From: Bispira polyomma
Taxonomy: Eukaryota
Assembly (NCBI GenBank): GCA_965649765.1
Contig: OZ287754.1
Coordinates: 27,466,001 to 27,530,000 of the forward strand
DNA length: 64,000 nt
Reading direction: 5' to 3'
The translations under genes and the position numbers were made by a program. Every line of letters starts with the position of its first letter. Position 1 is the first letter of the stretch. Below are positions 1 through 11,870 of the stretch, piece after piece. The notes beneath the pieces were generated by a model, which was given only the letters and a program-made list of their open reading frames with translations, ran no database searches and had not been told where the DNA came from.

Positions 1-3000
1 GACCTGGAGGCCCTTGAAATGATCCGATTAAGCTGACACCTGTTATGTAAATCATTTTGATGTAGCGAATATATCCACTAAGCTTGGTCAAGTTCCTTCA
101 ATTCTTTTAGAGATATTTTAAGTGAAACAGAGCCATTTTCCCCAAAAAATCTATGTCTTCATCTTCAGAAAATTATCCATTTATGGTTTGGATCTTTAAA
201 TAGCTTAGTGATAGAGCACTTGGTCTGTTGTAAAGATCTGTTCAGTCTAAAAGGCCTGGGTTTGATTCCCAGTTATATGTATTCACGACAGCATAGTTCA
301 GTGCTAAGTCGGTTGTAAAGTGACCCTTCAGTCTGAGAGGCCTGGGTTTGATTCAAACCAACCTGTACATAATTGTTTGTCATGCTGGTGTACATTCACA
401 TGTGACACCTATGCCTAAAAAATTGCACTGACTGCCTATTGAGTTCTGTATTACATTTAAGGTAAATCTTCTAATTTTTGAGACTCATCTCTGCCTTAAA
501 CTCATTGCTTGCCGTCTATGGATTTCCAAAGAACGCAGTATCTTTTAGTAGGTTCAGGGCTTGGCTTGTTATGTAACAAGAAACAGACATGCTGCATTAT
601 TGATATAGCCATATGCAGAATGCTATTTACTTATTGTTGCCAATGTTCAAACGGGCTCACACTGCAGTAATGAGAGGTGCAATCGAAGTATGATATGATA
701 GATTTTTAACGTGCCTAGTTGATGCCAGGCATCTTCTAAAGCCCAACATCATTGACAAAATTGTTAAATTCATGGTCTGTTTCCAATAAAAATTCACGAT
801 CAAAGGGTGACGTCAAGTTCACAGAAATCTATGGAGGGTAAGTGAGGATGAAGAGATGTCACGTGATATGATTAATTGTTATGTAATGGTATTATCTGAC
901 TGGTTTATAGAGATGTTATTATTGAAAACCTTTTCTGGCAGTTCTAATCGTATCAAATGCTAAGGTGTCATGGTATATTATATGAGGCCATTATGGCATG
1001 TAACTTACAAGTATGCTTTGCACACATGTGTCCTGCTGATGGTATATATCTCAAGCCTGGGATGACATCAATTAGACAGGGTTGTATATGACTTTATGGT
1101 AACAATATATCTCAATATCAGTTTTATATTACTTTGCCTAAATGGCCTGAATGAAATGTTTGTTCATGTGACTTAATTTCCTCTGCGATAGTGATTTTGT
1201 TAAATACAGTTGATAATCATAAGCTAAATGATCCACATAACCATCTGACGGCGCTGACTTTGACCTATTTTGACTGTCTACTTTTAGGTACATTGTTAGT
1301 TTAATGAGCTTAACATGTAAGCATTGCAACCAATGCATGGAATTGTAACAAGCAACAAAACATCTATGATTGAAGTTTTTGTCCTCTTTTGACTTTTACC
1401 CTTCCCCTCCCCTTGGTATGGAGGACTTCCATTTCACAGAAAATGAAAGATACTTTCATGTTCAATACTTAATCGGTGGTATCACATTTAACTGTGAAAC
1501 TTATTAAACTCAACCAACCTCTTTATTTGTCCTCACTCATTAAGTCTAGCCTTACCCGGACACACCAACCTCCCCATTTTCTCAACCAGACAAAATATGA
1601 AAATCGGCAGCCTCTGATTAGCTGCGGCAGCTCCTGTTGAATGGAAAATGCTTCCACAAACTATGAGATCACAGGATACAATCCCTGGTTTCAGAGGCCA
1701 TCTCCAAACTAACCTTTTCATACTGCCCTCCTTAATCTCTTTCCTGGTGGATGTTGTTTGTGGTAACAACCCTTTGCTTGACCTTGGAGCATCCCTTCTT
1801 GGATATCATCGTCTTAGTGGATGTTCTCCTATAAATGCTTTAAATATTATAAATATTATAAAATAGGATAAATAAAACAACACGTTTACTATATAAATAT
1901 GACAAGTTTCTTCAACCCTTACGAAAGAGAATTAATTTTAATAATTTGCGAAACGATTTATAAACTCATGTCCTTAATTTTTATACTCACAAAATGCTCT
2001 AATGATTGAATCATCCTTTATGAATTCAGTACAGCATAAACTCCGGAAAATAAAATTTAACAAAAAAGATTGACCTCGATTTGTTTTAGTTTTCACTATT
2101 ACATATTCCTTTCTTATTTATAGAGTTGTGTCATTGTAATGATTTCGTGAATATTCTAGTCAGTAATAATGAATGATAATAATGAGTTTGTTTATACCAT
2201 ATGCAATGAACGTTTACATCTTTCCAAAAAAAACAATATAAAAATGAAACTGATTAAATATGTATTTTATGTTAATTGTGTCTTTGGTACAGGGTTAATA
2301 TATTGTATTGCTTCACTACACCTGTGTTTTTGTCACAAGACTTTGGGTTATCGGTAAAGTTTGTAATGTCGGAACATCAGCAAAACAACTGTAGCCTGTT
2401 TGTGATTGTTGTTGGGGTATATCAGTCTCATCAGTTGTAATGCTATTCTTATGGAGAAGCAATTTCCTGTTGCACCTTTAATTGACCCCGAACTGAGGTA
2501 CCACTGTTCTGTCTTGTCATAAAGTTTTTTGTTTATTGTTGTTTAAACAGTAAAAACTGCTTGTAAATCAGCAATTGGTGACACTCTGTTTTGGTAGGTG
2601 GTTAAATAAGTTACAGTAGAGCAGAACTAACTAACATGAACTGGACTTGATAATTGATATAAAATACACATGAACTACGAATATACAAAGAGTGGTCAAT
2701 AATATAGATTACAGCAAGTGTTAAACGATGAGAGATACTAAGCTAAATTGGCAAATAAAGATATCCTATTTGAGCAAGTATGGAAAAAATGGGAATGTAT
2801 TTTCCTTTCAGAATAAATTTAGCAAAACCCAACTGTATTTGAAAACCTGTCTAAAACTGTTTTTTAAACTATATATTGGAGAAGCTTTAAAAAAAAAAGA
2901 ACAATGATGTTATAGTTTATTAATTTGTAATTATTCCAGAGAGATGCAGGAATAGATTAACTACTATATATTATTTGAATGTAATAAAATGAATTTGGTA

Positions 3001-3135
3001 AAATGATAAATTGTATGTGTAATATCTACGTATATCTGCGTATTATATATATAGTCGGTATCTGTTATGTGCCAGCCAGCAGCGTGCGATAAACATTATG
3101 AATAAAGTTGTTAAACTGTGAATCTGTGTGTTCAA

Positions 3136-3207
3136 TGCTTTGTACCTCAATATAGTTAAAAAAATAACAGTTGCTTTGTACCTCAATATAGTTAAAAAAA
3201 TAACAGT
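3136..3207. repeat. Exact 36-bp tandem duplication next to the assembly gap
   Basis: tgctttgtacctcaatatagttaaaaaaataacagt occurs twice head-to-tail. Confidence 0.9.
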
Positions 3208-3236
3208 ATGTATACTTGAAGATGTATTAATTGTAT

Positions 3237-3498
3237 NNNNNNNNNNNNNNNNNNNNNNNNNNNNNNNNNNNNNNNNNNNNNNNNNNNNNNNNNNNNNNNN
3301 NNNNNNNNNNNNNNNNNNNNNNNNNNNNNNNNNNNNNNNNNNNNNNNNNNNNNNNNNNNNNNNNNNNNNNNNNNNNNNNNNNNNNNNNNNNNNNNNNNNN
3401 NNNNNNNNNNNNNNNNNNNNNNNNNNNNNNNNNNNNNNNNNNNNNNNNNNNNNNNNNNNNNNNNNNNNNNNNNNNNNNNNNNNNNNNNNNNNNNNNNN
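3237..3498. other. Assembly gap (N run)
   Basis: Run of n characters. Confidence 1.
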
Positions 3499-4079
3499 AT
3501 AAATACATTGATATATATATAACATCACTACAGCCCCTTGCTAAAAAATATGGTATTTTCAGCTGTTTGATTTTTTCGTTTTAGATCTATGTGTGGTGAT
3601 GAAAAACTAGCCACATTGGTGGACCACTTTGCAGAAGAACTGATTATAGCACGTTTCAAAGACATCCAAAGACATCCAAAACATAAATCCCTGTTTATCT
3701 TGATAGCACTTAATACCTGCCAGATATGGACAGCTCAACAATCAAAACTTCCTTTCAAAACATTATTGATACTTTAGATATAATGGATTCATATACAGGG
3801 AAACCTGTTCTATGAACATTAATTGCCAATCAATATTCCTGGGTATAAACCTAGAAAGTTGTTATTGTCCTGCTAGCCATTGCCGTCAGCTGACACAACA
3901 CTTGATTGTTCAAATTTCTTTGTCCTGGTGTCAAGTACGTCAAAATCCAGCCATCAGTCTTTATTAACACTGATGACCCTCAACAATGATAAATTCACAG
4001 GGGCAGACAGATTGCTTAGCAGGTGTTTGAACCCTTCATACTATTGTGCCACATTTTCTGATGAACCCTGACATCATTT

Positions 4080-4790
4080 CTGTATATGCTTTAGGTACAC
4101 AGCTTATATTCTATATGCTTCAGTTACAAAGCATGTGTTCTTTTTAATACAATTGCTAAGCTTCTGTTTATACTTTGTATACTTTAAGCACCAAGTTTAC
4201 CTAAAGGCCCTCGTAGTCCATGTTATATATAATGCAACTACCAAGCTTCTGTTATGTTAAGTATACTTAAGTATATTTTATATACTTTAACTACCAAACT
4301 TCTGTTAATATTTATATAATTTAAGTATCAAGTTTATGTTCATGTTTTATATACTTCCAGTACTAATTTTTTGTTTATGGTATATGTAATTCAAGTACCA
4401 ATATTCTGTTTCTGTTCTATATACTTCAAGTATCAAGTATATGTTCTATATAATTTAAGTACTAAGATTCTGTTTATGCTCAAAATATTCCAAGTACCAA
4501 GCTATTGTTCATTATGTTCTAAGTACTAAACTCTTATTTATGCTCGATATGTTCCAAGTACTAAGCTTCTGTTCTGTATGTTCTAAGTACCAAGCTCTTG
4601 TTTATGCTCTATATATTCCAAGTACTGGGCTTTATTCCCTGTGTTCAAGCTTTTGTTTATGTTCTATAAGTTTTAAGTAGCAAGTTTTTGTTCTGTATGT
4701 TCTAAGTATCAAACTCTTATTGATGCTCTATATGTTCCTAATACTAAATTCTTGTTTTTGCTCTATATGTGGCAAGTACTAAGCTGACGT
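4080..4790. repeat. Degenerate minisatellite array, ~30-35 bp unit (tcaagtaccaagcttctgtttatgttctatatact-like)
   Basis: About 20 diverged units with a recurring aagtacc/aagtact core. The same family occurs at 33040-33610 and 36490-36660. Confidence 0.85.
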
Positions 4791-5656
4791 TTATTGGGTT
4801 TCTCAAAAATGTAGGATTTAATCCATGTAGTCCAGTAAGGATACCTGGTTTGTTGCCAAATCGCTGACAAATAAAGGTATACTGGCAGGGTGTACATCTT
4901 CTGCTGTCAGTTTAGACCTTACTATTGATACAATAAATATTGCGCCAAAGCTCCTCTTATTTGTCTGTTAAGTTGGTCACTATTTTGGAATATCAACTCA
5001 TTGGGCCCAGAAACTAATGTTTTAACACAATGTTTCCAGGGAAATGTAAAGTATTTGTTGTTTTACATTATATTCATAGATTAGTGATGGCATAACAAAA
5101 AGTTTGTAAATGTTGATATTGTGTGTAACAGTACCATGAACATCAATTCTCAGTTTGGTAGTTAGTGCTGGAGGGTTTATGTCTTAATCGTCAGAAACAA
5201 TGCCTCTTGCAATGTAGAAAATGTGTATCAGATAATTTTAAGTTAGATGCTGAATAAACTTTTGTATATTGGATGACAACTATAATGTCTATTGTAGAAT
5301 TTGGAAGCCTGAGACCACATTAGTTTTTTTCAATAATTGCATCTAGCTCAAGTACATTTGATATGAATGCTCTTGAGGTTTAGTTTATTTGGTATTGATT
5401 GCCTGTATGTTAAGTTTATTTTTTATTAATAGCCTTTATGTTCAGATTATTTGTGTTCTGAATTGCCTCTCTATTTCTGTTTCTATTTGTGTTCTGAATT
5501 GCCTCTCTGTTTCTATTGATTTCTGTTTCTGTTCTGAATTGCCTCTCTGTGGTTGTATTGTAAATATATTATGTCAAAATTTACAGAGAGCAATACATGT
5601 TCTCTGCACACTTACTAAAAGCTACAGACCGATAACACAAGTTCAGCTCATTCATC

Positions 5657-6802
5657 ATGATGAATGTTTTCATCCAAAAAATTAAAATTGTTAGTGCTAT
5701 GGTTCTTGCATTGACTGGAGTAGGCTTGTATTTTGATAGTCACATGATTTTATTACAGTCCTGGGAGGCTATGATACCCCAAGACAAGAGTGATCACATC
5801 ACAAGGACAAACTTGGCTATGAGTATGGAGTCTATCAACAAGACTGTACATATTGCAATGTTAGTAACTGGAGATAAGTATGTGCACTACAGCCTGATGA
5901 CAATGAAAGCTGTACTGTTTTCTACCAATTGGTTTGTTCAATATTACATTCTATCTGAAGATAATTCCACAGCAAAGCTAAACCAAGAGATCGCCTCCTG
6001 GCCAGCACATAGAAGGACTCAAGTGACTCTTGTACCAATAAAACTGAATTGTCCTGTGTTGTTACGGGAGACACTCTTCAGTGATCTACAAAGCAAAGCA
6101 GTGAAAATCTGTGCATACGAGACACTGGTATATTCACCACTTATTTCTAAAATAACACCCAAGGTGATCTTTATGGATACAGACATGATAGCTTTTGATG
6201 ACATCAGTGAGCTGTGGCGTGTCTTCCAGCAGTTTGACGAACAACATACCATGGCTACATCGATAGCTGTCATATACAAAGTACGAAAGAAGTATATAGA
6301 GGCTGAAGGGGAAATCATGCAGGATGGCCACGGCATGAATTCCGGTCTGATGCTCATGCACTTACAGAATCTGAGAGAAGCAGCATTCATAGATGTTCTG
6401 ATTGCAAGCAGCAACTTGCAGATAAGCGGTCTGAATCCAGTAGATGACCAAGATCTGCTGTGTCTGTATTTTCACCTCCGTCCTGAGCAGCACTACCCCT
6501 TGAACTGTGAGTGGAATTTCCTCCGACCAATGTTTCAATGTGAAGACAAGGCCCGTGTCAACTGTAGCAAGGCCGAGGTACATGGCATACGGATGTACCA
6601 TGCAACATCAGTTCTTAAGTTTAAAACAGGGCCATTTACTGAAATCTTTTCCTGTTTTGATAACATGAATTTTCATCAGCCGTCAAAATCAATGCAGTGC
6701 CTCAAAATTCATCTAATGAGATATAAGAACTGTAAATGTACCGTTGAAAATAATAACTTGCTAATAAAGCTTGAGAACATGCTTTCACTGAATCATCAGT
6801 GA
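5657..6802 (+). CDS. Glucoside xylosyltransferase-like (GXYLT-like) GT8 glycosyltransferase, single coding exon, paralogue 1
   Basis: Intact 381-aa ORF with an N-terminal hydrophobic anchor, DxD motif (FMDTD), W..F..F, G.NSG.MLM, DQDLL, C.WN and NC..AE..GI...H, all typical of GXYLT/GT8. Candidate acceptor gctacag ~30 nt upstream of the ATG and AATAAA at 6946, both conserved in the paralogue. Confidence 0.85.
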   Translation: MMNVFIQKIKIVSAMVLALTGVGLYFDSHMILLQSWEAMIPQDKSDHITRTNLAMSMESINKTVHIAMLVTGDKYVHYSLMTMKAVLFSTNWFVQYYILSEDNSTAKLNQEIASWPAHRRTQVTLVPIKLNCPVLLRETLFSDLQSKAVKICAYETLVYSPLISKITPKVIFMDTDMIAFDDISELWRVFQQFDEQHTMATSIAVIYKVRKKYIEAEGEIMQDGHGMNSGLMLMHLQNLREAAFIDVLIASSNLQISGLNPVDDQDLLCLYFHLRPEQHYPLNCEWNFLRPMFQCEDKARVNCSKAEVHGIRMYHATSVLKFKTGPFTEIFSCFDNMNFHQPSKSMQCLKIHLMRYKNCKCTVENNNLLIKLENMLSLNHQ

Positions 6803-7996
6803 CAAATATTTGCGTCATTCATTTAAAACATCATAATGTAGTTTGAAGCACTGTTTATAGTGCATAATATTTTGAGGCACATGTATGCTGGAGTGCTTGC
6901 ATTTCAGGTATAACTGGTCCTAGAGGTTTAGAATGTGACATCAGTAATAAAAATATCATTGTCATGAATCATTTGAGCTATGTGGATTTGATACTACATC
7001 CTTCGTTCAAGGTCAGAGGTATAACATGACACATAAAATTCCCAGATCATTGATCCTGAAGTTGGAAAAGTGAAAACACCTGGGGATAGGTCCAGAGTCT
7101 ACTGAACTGAAGTCTTACCATTAAGGTCAATTGTACATCAAAACTCCTGAAATAACAGAATATCAACTTGAAGGTAACAAGTTTAAAGTAAAAACTCCTC
7201 AACATCATTGGACTGTTATAAATCAGCAAATGAATAAATCTAAGTTTAAGCGGGTGTAGGTTTCAAGGAATACCATGTAGGACCTGTCCTAATGCAATGA
7301 GGTAAACCATTCCACATGTACAATTCATTTTAAATTAACCTTTCATCTGTGTATCCTTGACTTATCAAGGAACCTTAAGGAATTTATTTTGTCTCATGGT
7401 AGTAACACTAGTTATGTAGTATTGTAAGTATGGATCAAAGTATGTAGCTAGCCCAAAGTCAAACACTTATACACAATTGTAGTAATCTTAAAAGCGCACC
7501 AGTGTCTAACAGGGAGCCAATGGAGAGACTTTAGAATGGGTGAAACATGCGAAATCATTAAAAGCATTAAACACCACTAACTGGCAAGTACCTGACAAAT
7601 TTTCCCACACGAAGGAACAAATGTGATTCCAGTTGACCTATTAGTGAGAGGCCAGTAATTGTGAAGCAATAATACTATAAAAACGATGGGATATTTATAC
7701 AAAGGATGCAATCTTCTGGGCAGTTAATTTTATACTGCTAGTTATCAGAAGATATACATTTTGTGTTCCAAAAAGGCTTATCCTTAAACCATATACGGTT
7801 TACAAAGAGAAATAAATAGAAGATACTTGGAACAAAAAATGTTGTTCACAATGAATTTTCTGGAAGATAGGTTGAATTTAAGGTGAAATTTTTTTTTGAA
7901 AACATCTTCATAGGAATCTAGGTTTCCTATGATATCCTGATTCACATAGTTCTTTCCATCATCTATACAAATATAATTTATACTTGATTTCTTCAA

Positions 7997-8678
7997 GGCT
8001 TTAGTAACGTCAACACATGCGGCCGTAAATTGTACTGCACTTTCAAAAATATTTTAATCATAAGTACCCACTATGGCAGCCTTAAAATATGTCTTTACTG
8101 ACAGTTTTAAACAGTTTTACATGCAAATACCATTCAAAAGTTTACTATTTTGTTGAAAAGTGGTTAAAACCCACATATAACAATTTGTGTATTGTGACGT
8201 CACACAATTTGAAACGAAGAATACAAAGTATCTTTCTATTTAGAAGAGTGTAACTTTAAAGTTTTACTAAAATTATCCCCGTTTCTGTGCTTTTATTAAA
8301 AAAACGGATTCATTCAAATTATTGCTGATGTGTTTTTTTTCTAGTCAAGTACAATACTTCAGTATTGATCCCTTCTTAGTATATGAATTGTGTCACGTTT
8401 GTGAAGCATGTACTTTGAAAATATTACCCATTTTAGTTACAATTTTACATACTACTATATGCATTGTATGTCTTAAAATATGTATTAAAATGACATGTAA
8501 AATATATGAATTAGTATATAATTAAAATGCTTTATTATTTCTACCCATGAAAATGTAAATATGTTATCCATAAATCGGAATAAAAGTCACAAAGAAAAAG
8601 TTGTGCAGTTTCCGAGAAGCTTCAGCACACATAACGTGGTTATCGGCAATCGTTTTTTGTGTTTACGTCACTAAAGCC
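7997..8678. mobile_element. Non-autonomous TIR element, Kolobok-like (GG..CC ends, TTAA-type flank)
   Basis: TIRs ggctttagtaacgtcaacac / gtgtttacgtcactaaagcc, flanked by tcaa and ttaa. Confidence 0.6.
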
Positions 8679-8860
8679 TTAAGGTGTTAGTAACGTAAAC
8701 ATATAAATGCGCTGCCGAGATATTATCCTCCATTTACAAATTTTTATTTTACCACATATACCCACGACAGCGGCTATAAAATGGCTCTTTAATGATTGTT
8801 TTACACATTTTAAAATGAAAATACCATTTAAAATTTATTATGTCATTGTATAGTTATTTA

Positions 8861-9406
8861 ACAGTACCCAGCTCAGTGGCAAGTCCAGAAAGGTAAGTAA
8901 AGGTACCCTCAAGATATAAGACAATTTGAGGGATAAAAAAAAAATTTATTTACATGTTAGTAAAATATTACATTTACTAGTTTTTTAGAGTGACTACTTT
9001 TATATACAGTCTGTGGTCATCGTAAACTAACTAAGGTGAGCAGATTAAGTTTCTACTTCAATACGTTAAAGTTAAGGTCACCATTTGAGCAATCTTAACT
9101 AAGGTGACCTTAAGTTAAGGTGAGTTACAGTTTCTAGATTTTACATGTTTAAGTTAAGGTTACTAGCTTTACTAAGGTAACCTTAATTAAAGTTAAGCTT
9201 ACGTAAAACATATACATGCAATAAAAGAGTATAATTACAGAACGTATAATTGCAGTAAAACAAGATTAATTACAGATGAAAGATAAGATCAGAATGATCT
9301 GTTATTCTGATATAAACTGCATTATATATTTACCATACTGATTATTTGTGTAAATATACCTTTTTAACCAAATGTGATATTTACTGTTAGTGTATAAAAC
9401 CACCAA
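8861..9406 (-). repeat. Ngaro split direct repeat B2 (3' terminal)
   Basis: Near-identical to 10302-10850; two substitutions and a 3-nt indel seen. Confidence 0.95.
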
Positions 9407-10132
9407 TTAAAAACAACATATAAGGAAGATGTAAAAGTTTATACTAAAATACTAAGAAAATTTAAAATATTGATTTAATTACAGAAAAGACTGCATGCAC
9501 ATGCGGCACAGGAAGATCCCCTAGCTCAGCTGGAACAGTCCTGTGTGGCTGAACAATACGACCCCTTATGGCCTTAGTTACAGAAATCTCAGCAAACAAA
9601 CGATTGGGATCAGTGCACTATCAGCCCCTCTGTTGTAAACCTTAATATGAATATCAGCTGGGATGTACCAACACCAACGACCAACGTTCACAGGAGGTGA
9701 TGAAACCCCACGAAGATGACACACACTTGCACCCCAGCTAGTAGGATCAGTCATGATTGGTAAGGATGCACCCCAAATCTACTGGGTGATCCGATCGCTG
9801 CATGAGCGACGAGAAAGCTGGGCATTACTTGCCAGCAGCCATGAACACACTAGATTCATCCACACAACATCATACTCAATTGAGCATTTGATTTTGACAT
9901 TACACCCTTTAAGCACAAGCATAATATACGAGCCCCAGGGGGCGATTTGAGGAACAGAACCTGGGTTGGCAGTATTGTGCTGAAAGCCACGTCCCTTTTC
10001 ATCCTGCCTCTCTGAAACTACATATACTGAGTTAGAATGGGAATATACTTTTCATACATTAATATTTTTAAACCACCTATCTGGAACCTGCATAAAGCGA
10101 ACTTTAATAGAAAAGAGGGGTGGGAGGGTGGG

Positions 10133-10301
10133 AAATTCGATGTGCATTGCTGAATGTAAATATGAAAAAAAAATGGTGGAGTTTGGCGCCCAACTGTGGG
10201 GGCCAATTAGAGAAGAGGTTAACAGTTCATGGGAGGTACTAAAGAACAAAAGTGGGTGAGGCCGTGTACTGAGATCCTTGACACCCGCTGTGTCAAGGTA
10301 C
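10133..10301 (-). repeat. Ngaro split direct repeat A2 (internal)
   Basis: Near-identical to 15529-15704 and directly abuts B1. Confidence 0.95.
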
Positions 10302-10850
10302 ACAGTACCCAGCTCAGTGGCAAGTCCAGAAAGGTAAGTAAAGGTACCCTCAAGATATAAGACAATTTGAGGGATAAAAAAAAAATTTATTTACATGTTA
10401 GTAAAATATTACATTTACTAGTTTTTTAGAGTGACTACTTTTATATACAGTCTGTGGTCATCGTAAACTAACTAAGGTGAGCAGATTAAGTTTCTACTTC
10501 AATACGTTAAAGTTAAAGTCACCATTTGAGCAATCTTAACTAAGGTGACCTTAAGTTGAGGTGAGTTACAGTTTCTAGATTTTACATGCAATTTAAGTTA
10601 AGGTTACTAGCTTTACTAAGGTAACCTTAATTAAAGTTAAGCTTACGTAAAACATATACATGCAATAAAAGAGTATAATTACAGAACGTATAATTGCAGT
10701 AAAACAAGATTAATTACAGATGAAAGATAAGATCAGAATGATCTGTTATTCTGATATAAACTGCATTATATATTTACCATACTGATTATTTGTGTAAATA
10801 TACCTTTTTAACCAAATGTGATATTTACTGTTAGTGTATAAAACCACCAA
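10302..10850 (-). repeat. Ngaro split direct repeat B1 (internal)
   Basis: Near-identical to 8861-9406; begins 25 nt after the YR stop. Confidence 0.95.
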
Positions 10851-10875
10851 ACACCAAGGCAAAGTAGGGGTAGTC

Positions 10876-11858
10876 TCAAGGTTTGTGCAAAAGGGCTTTA
10901 AAAGCTAAGGCCACTTGCTGTCCTGCAGCTTGGTCTTGTACCAAGTATGAACGGACTGCATCCGACGTCCAGGTGCCGTGTTCTTTGATATGCTCCAACT
11001 CAACATTAGAATTGTAAGCCAAAGACGCACCTGAACGCCGGAAAGAATGAAACGTTAGGCCTGAACTACCAAGGCCCGCCAGATGGAGGACTATTCCCAG
11101 ATGACGCCTGATCTTGCTATCAGTGAGGGGAGTCCAGGCTTGACCCACTTTAACTTGAAATAAGGCTGCATTGGGACCCCCAGGGGAAAGCCTTAAAACA
11201 TTTCTCAGGGCAGTCACAGGGCACAAAGCAGAGGAGCCGAGGGAGGGAATCTTTATAAGTCTCACTGAGTTTCTAGACTGAATGGTCTTTGACCATTTGA
11301 TTAACAAGTGAATGCCCGGAGGCTTGAAAAATATATCACCTTTACATAAATGTCTTGATGGGTCAAACATTGAGGCAACATGGGGTGCCAGATTGGACAT
11401 GCGAAGAAAAGAAAAATAAGCTGTCAAGTACACAGCTTTATAGATTTGCCCCATGTTAGTACTATCACAAGTCAATACAAGCTGAAGTAACATATGCGAA
11501 TCCAAAACAGGTTTAATCTGAGCCACCAAGGGCCTATTATTGAGGGAGGCCTTGTTATACAGTTTAATGCGAGGTTCATCAAACATGGCAATCGACAGGC
11601 CATACATACTGAAACAGGCTTTAACAGCTGACACATGATTAATTACCATAGAGGCAGATGTTTGATTTTTTGTCAAAAATTCAAGAAAAGACAAGAAAAC
11701 CGGAACTGTTACCTTGGAGGTGGGACAACGCAGGAAACACAGGTAGGCCAAGAAGGATTTAAACATGGCCAGGTAATTTTTTGTAGTGTTAGGCCTGAAC
11801 GCTGTCTGCAGCCTAGCCAAGGCATCAGAAACCAGTACACCTGTAACTTGAGGAATTT
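10876..11858 (-). CDS. Tyrosine recombinase (YR) of the Ngaro element, reading frame intact
   Basis: Catalytic set R (FLRMSNL), K (KWSKT), HxxR (HSFRRSGA), H/W (HGTW), Y (AVRSY). The frame is open from just after the RH stop, and the first ATG lies inside the region shared with the relic YR. Confidence 0.93.
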
Positions 11859-11870
11859 CTGAAAGTACAG

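Larger units (their letters stand above)
3800..7680 (+). repeat. Segmental duplication, copy 1 (paralogous to ~32765-36195)
   Basis: Colinear similarity from aaacctgttctatgaa through the minisatellite, upstream region, GT8 CDS, 3' UTR and downstream sequence. An extra homologous patch at 3685-3742 matches 30733-30791. Confidence 0.9.

Noticed and set aside
1-1330. Possible decayed coding sequence on the minus strand
   Set aside because: Protein-like stretches but many stops and no recognisable motif.
3043-3584. ORFs spanning the N run
   Set aside because: Artefacts of translating the gap.
4080-4790. CRISPR-like periodic array
   Set aside because: The units are contiguous diverged tandem copies with no unique spacers, there are no cas genes, and the context is eukaryotic.
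6019-6601. Antisense ORFs within the GT8 genes (also 34843-35175)
   Set aside because: Shadows of the sense CDS; their similarity follows from the duplication.
9407-10132. dUTPase relic or hammerhead ribozyme in the Ngaro spacer
   Set aside because: Only vague resemblance, with no RSG or GxIDxDY motifs, and no CTGATGA..GAAA core with flanking stems seen by eye.
10876-11820. Prophage or bacterial integrase (contamination)
   Set aside because: It is embedded with gag, RT/RNase H and split direct repeats, so it is a DIRS-order YR.
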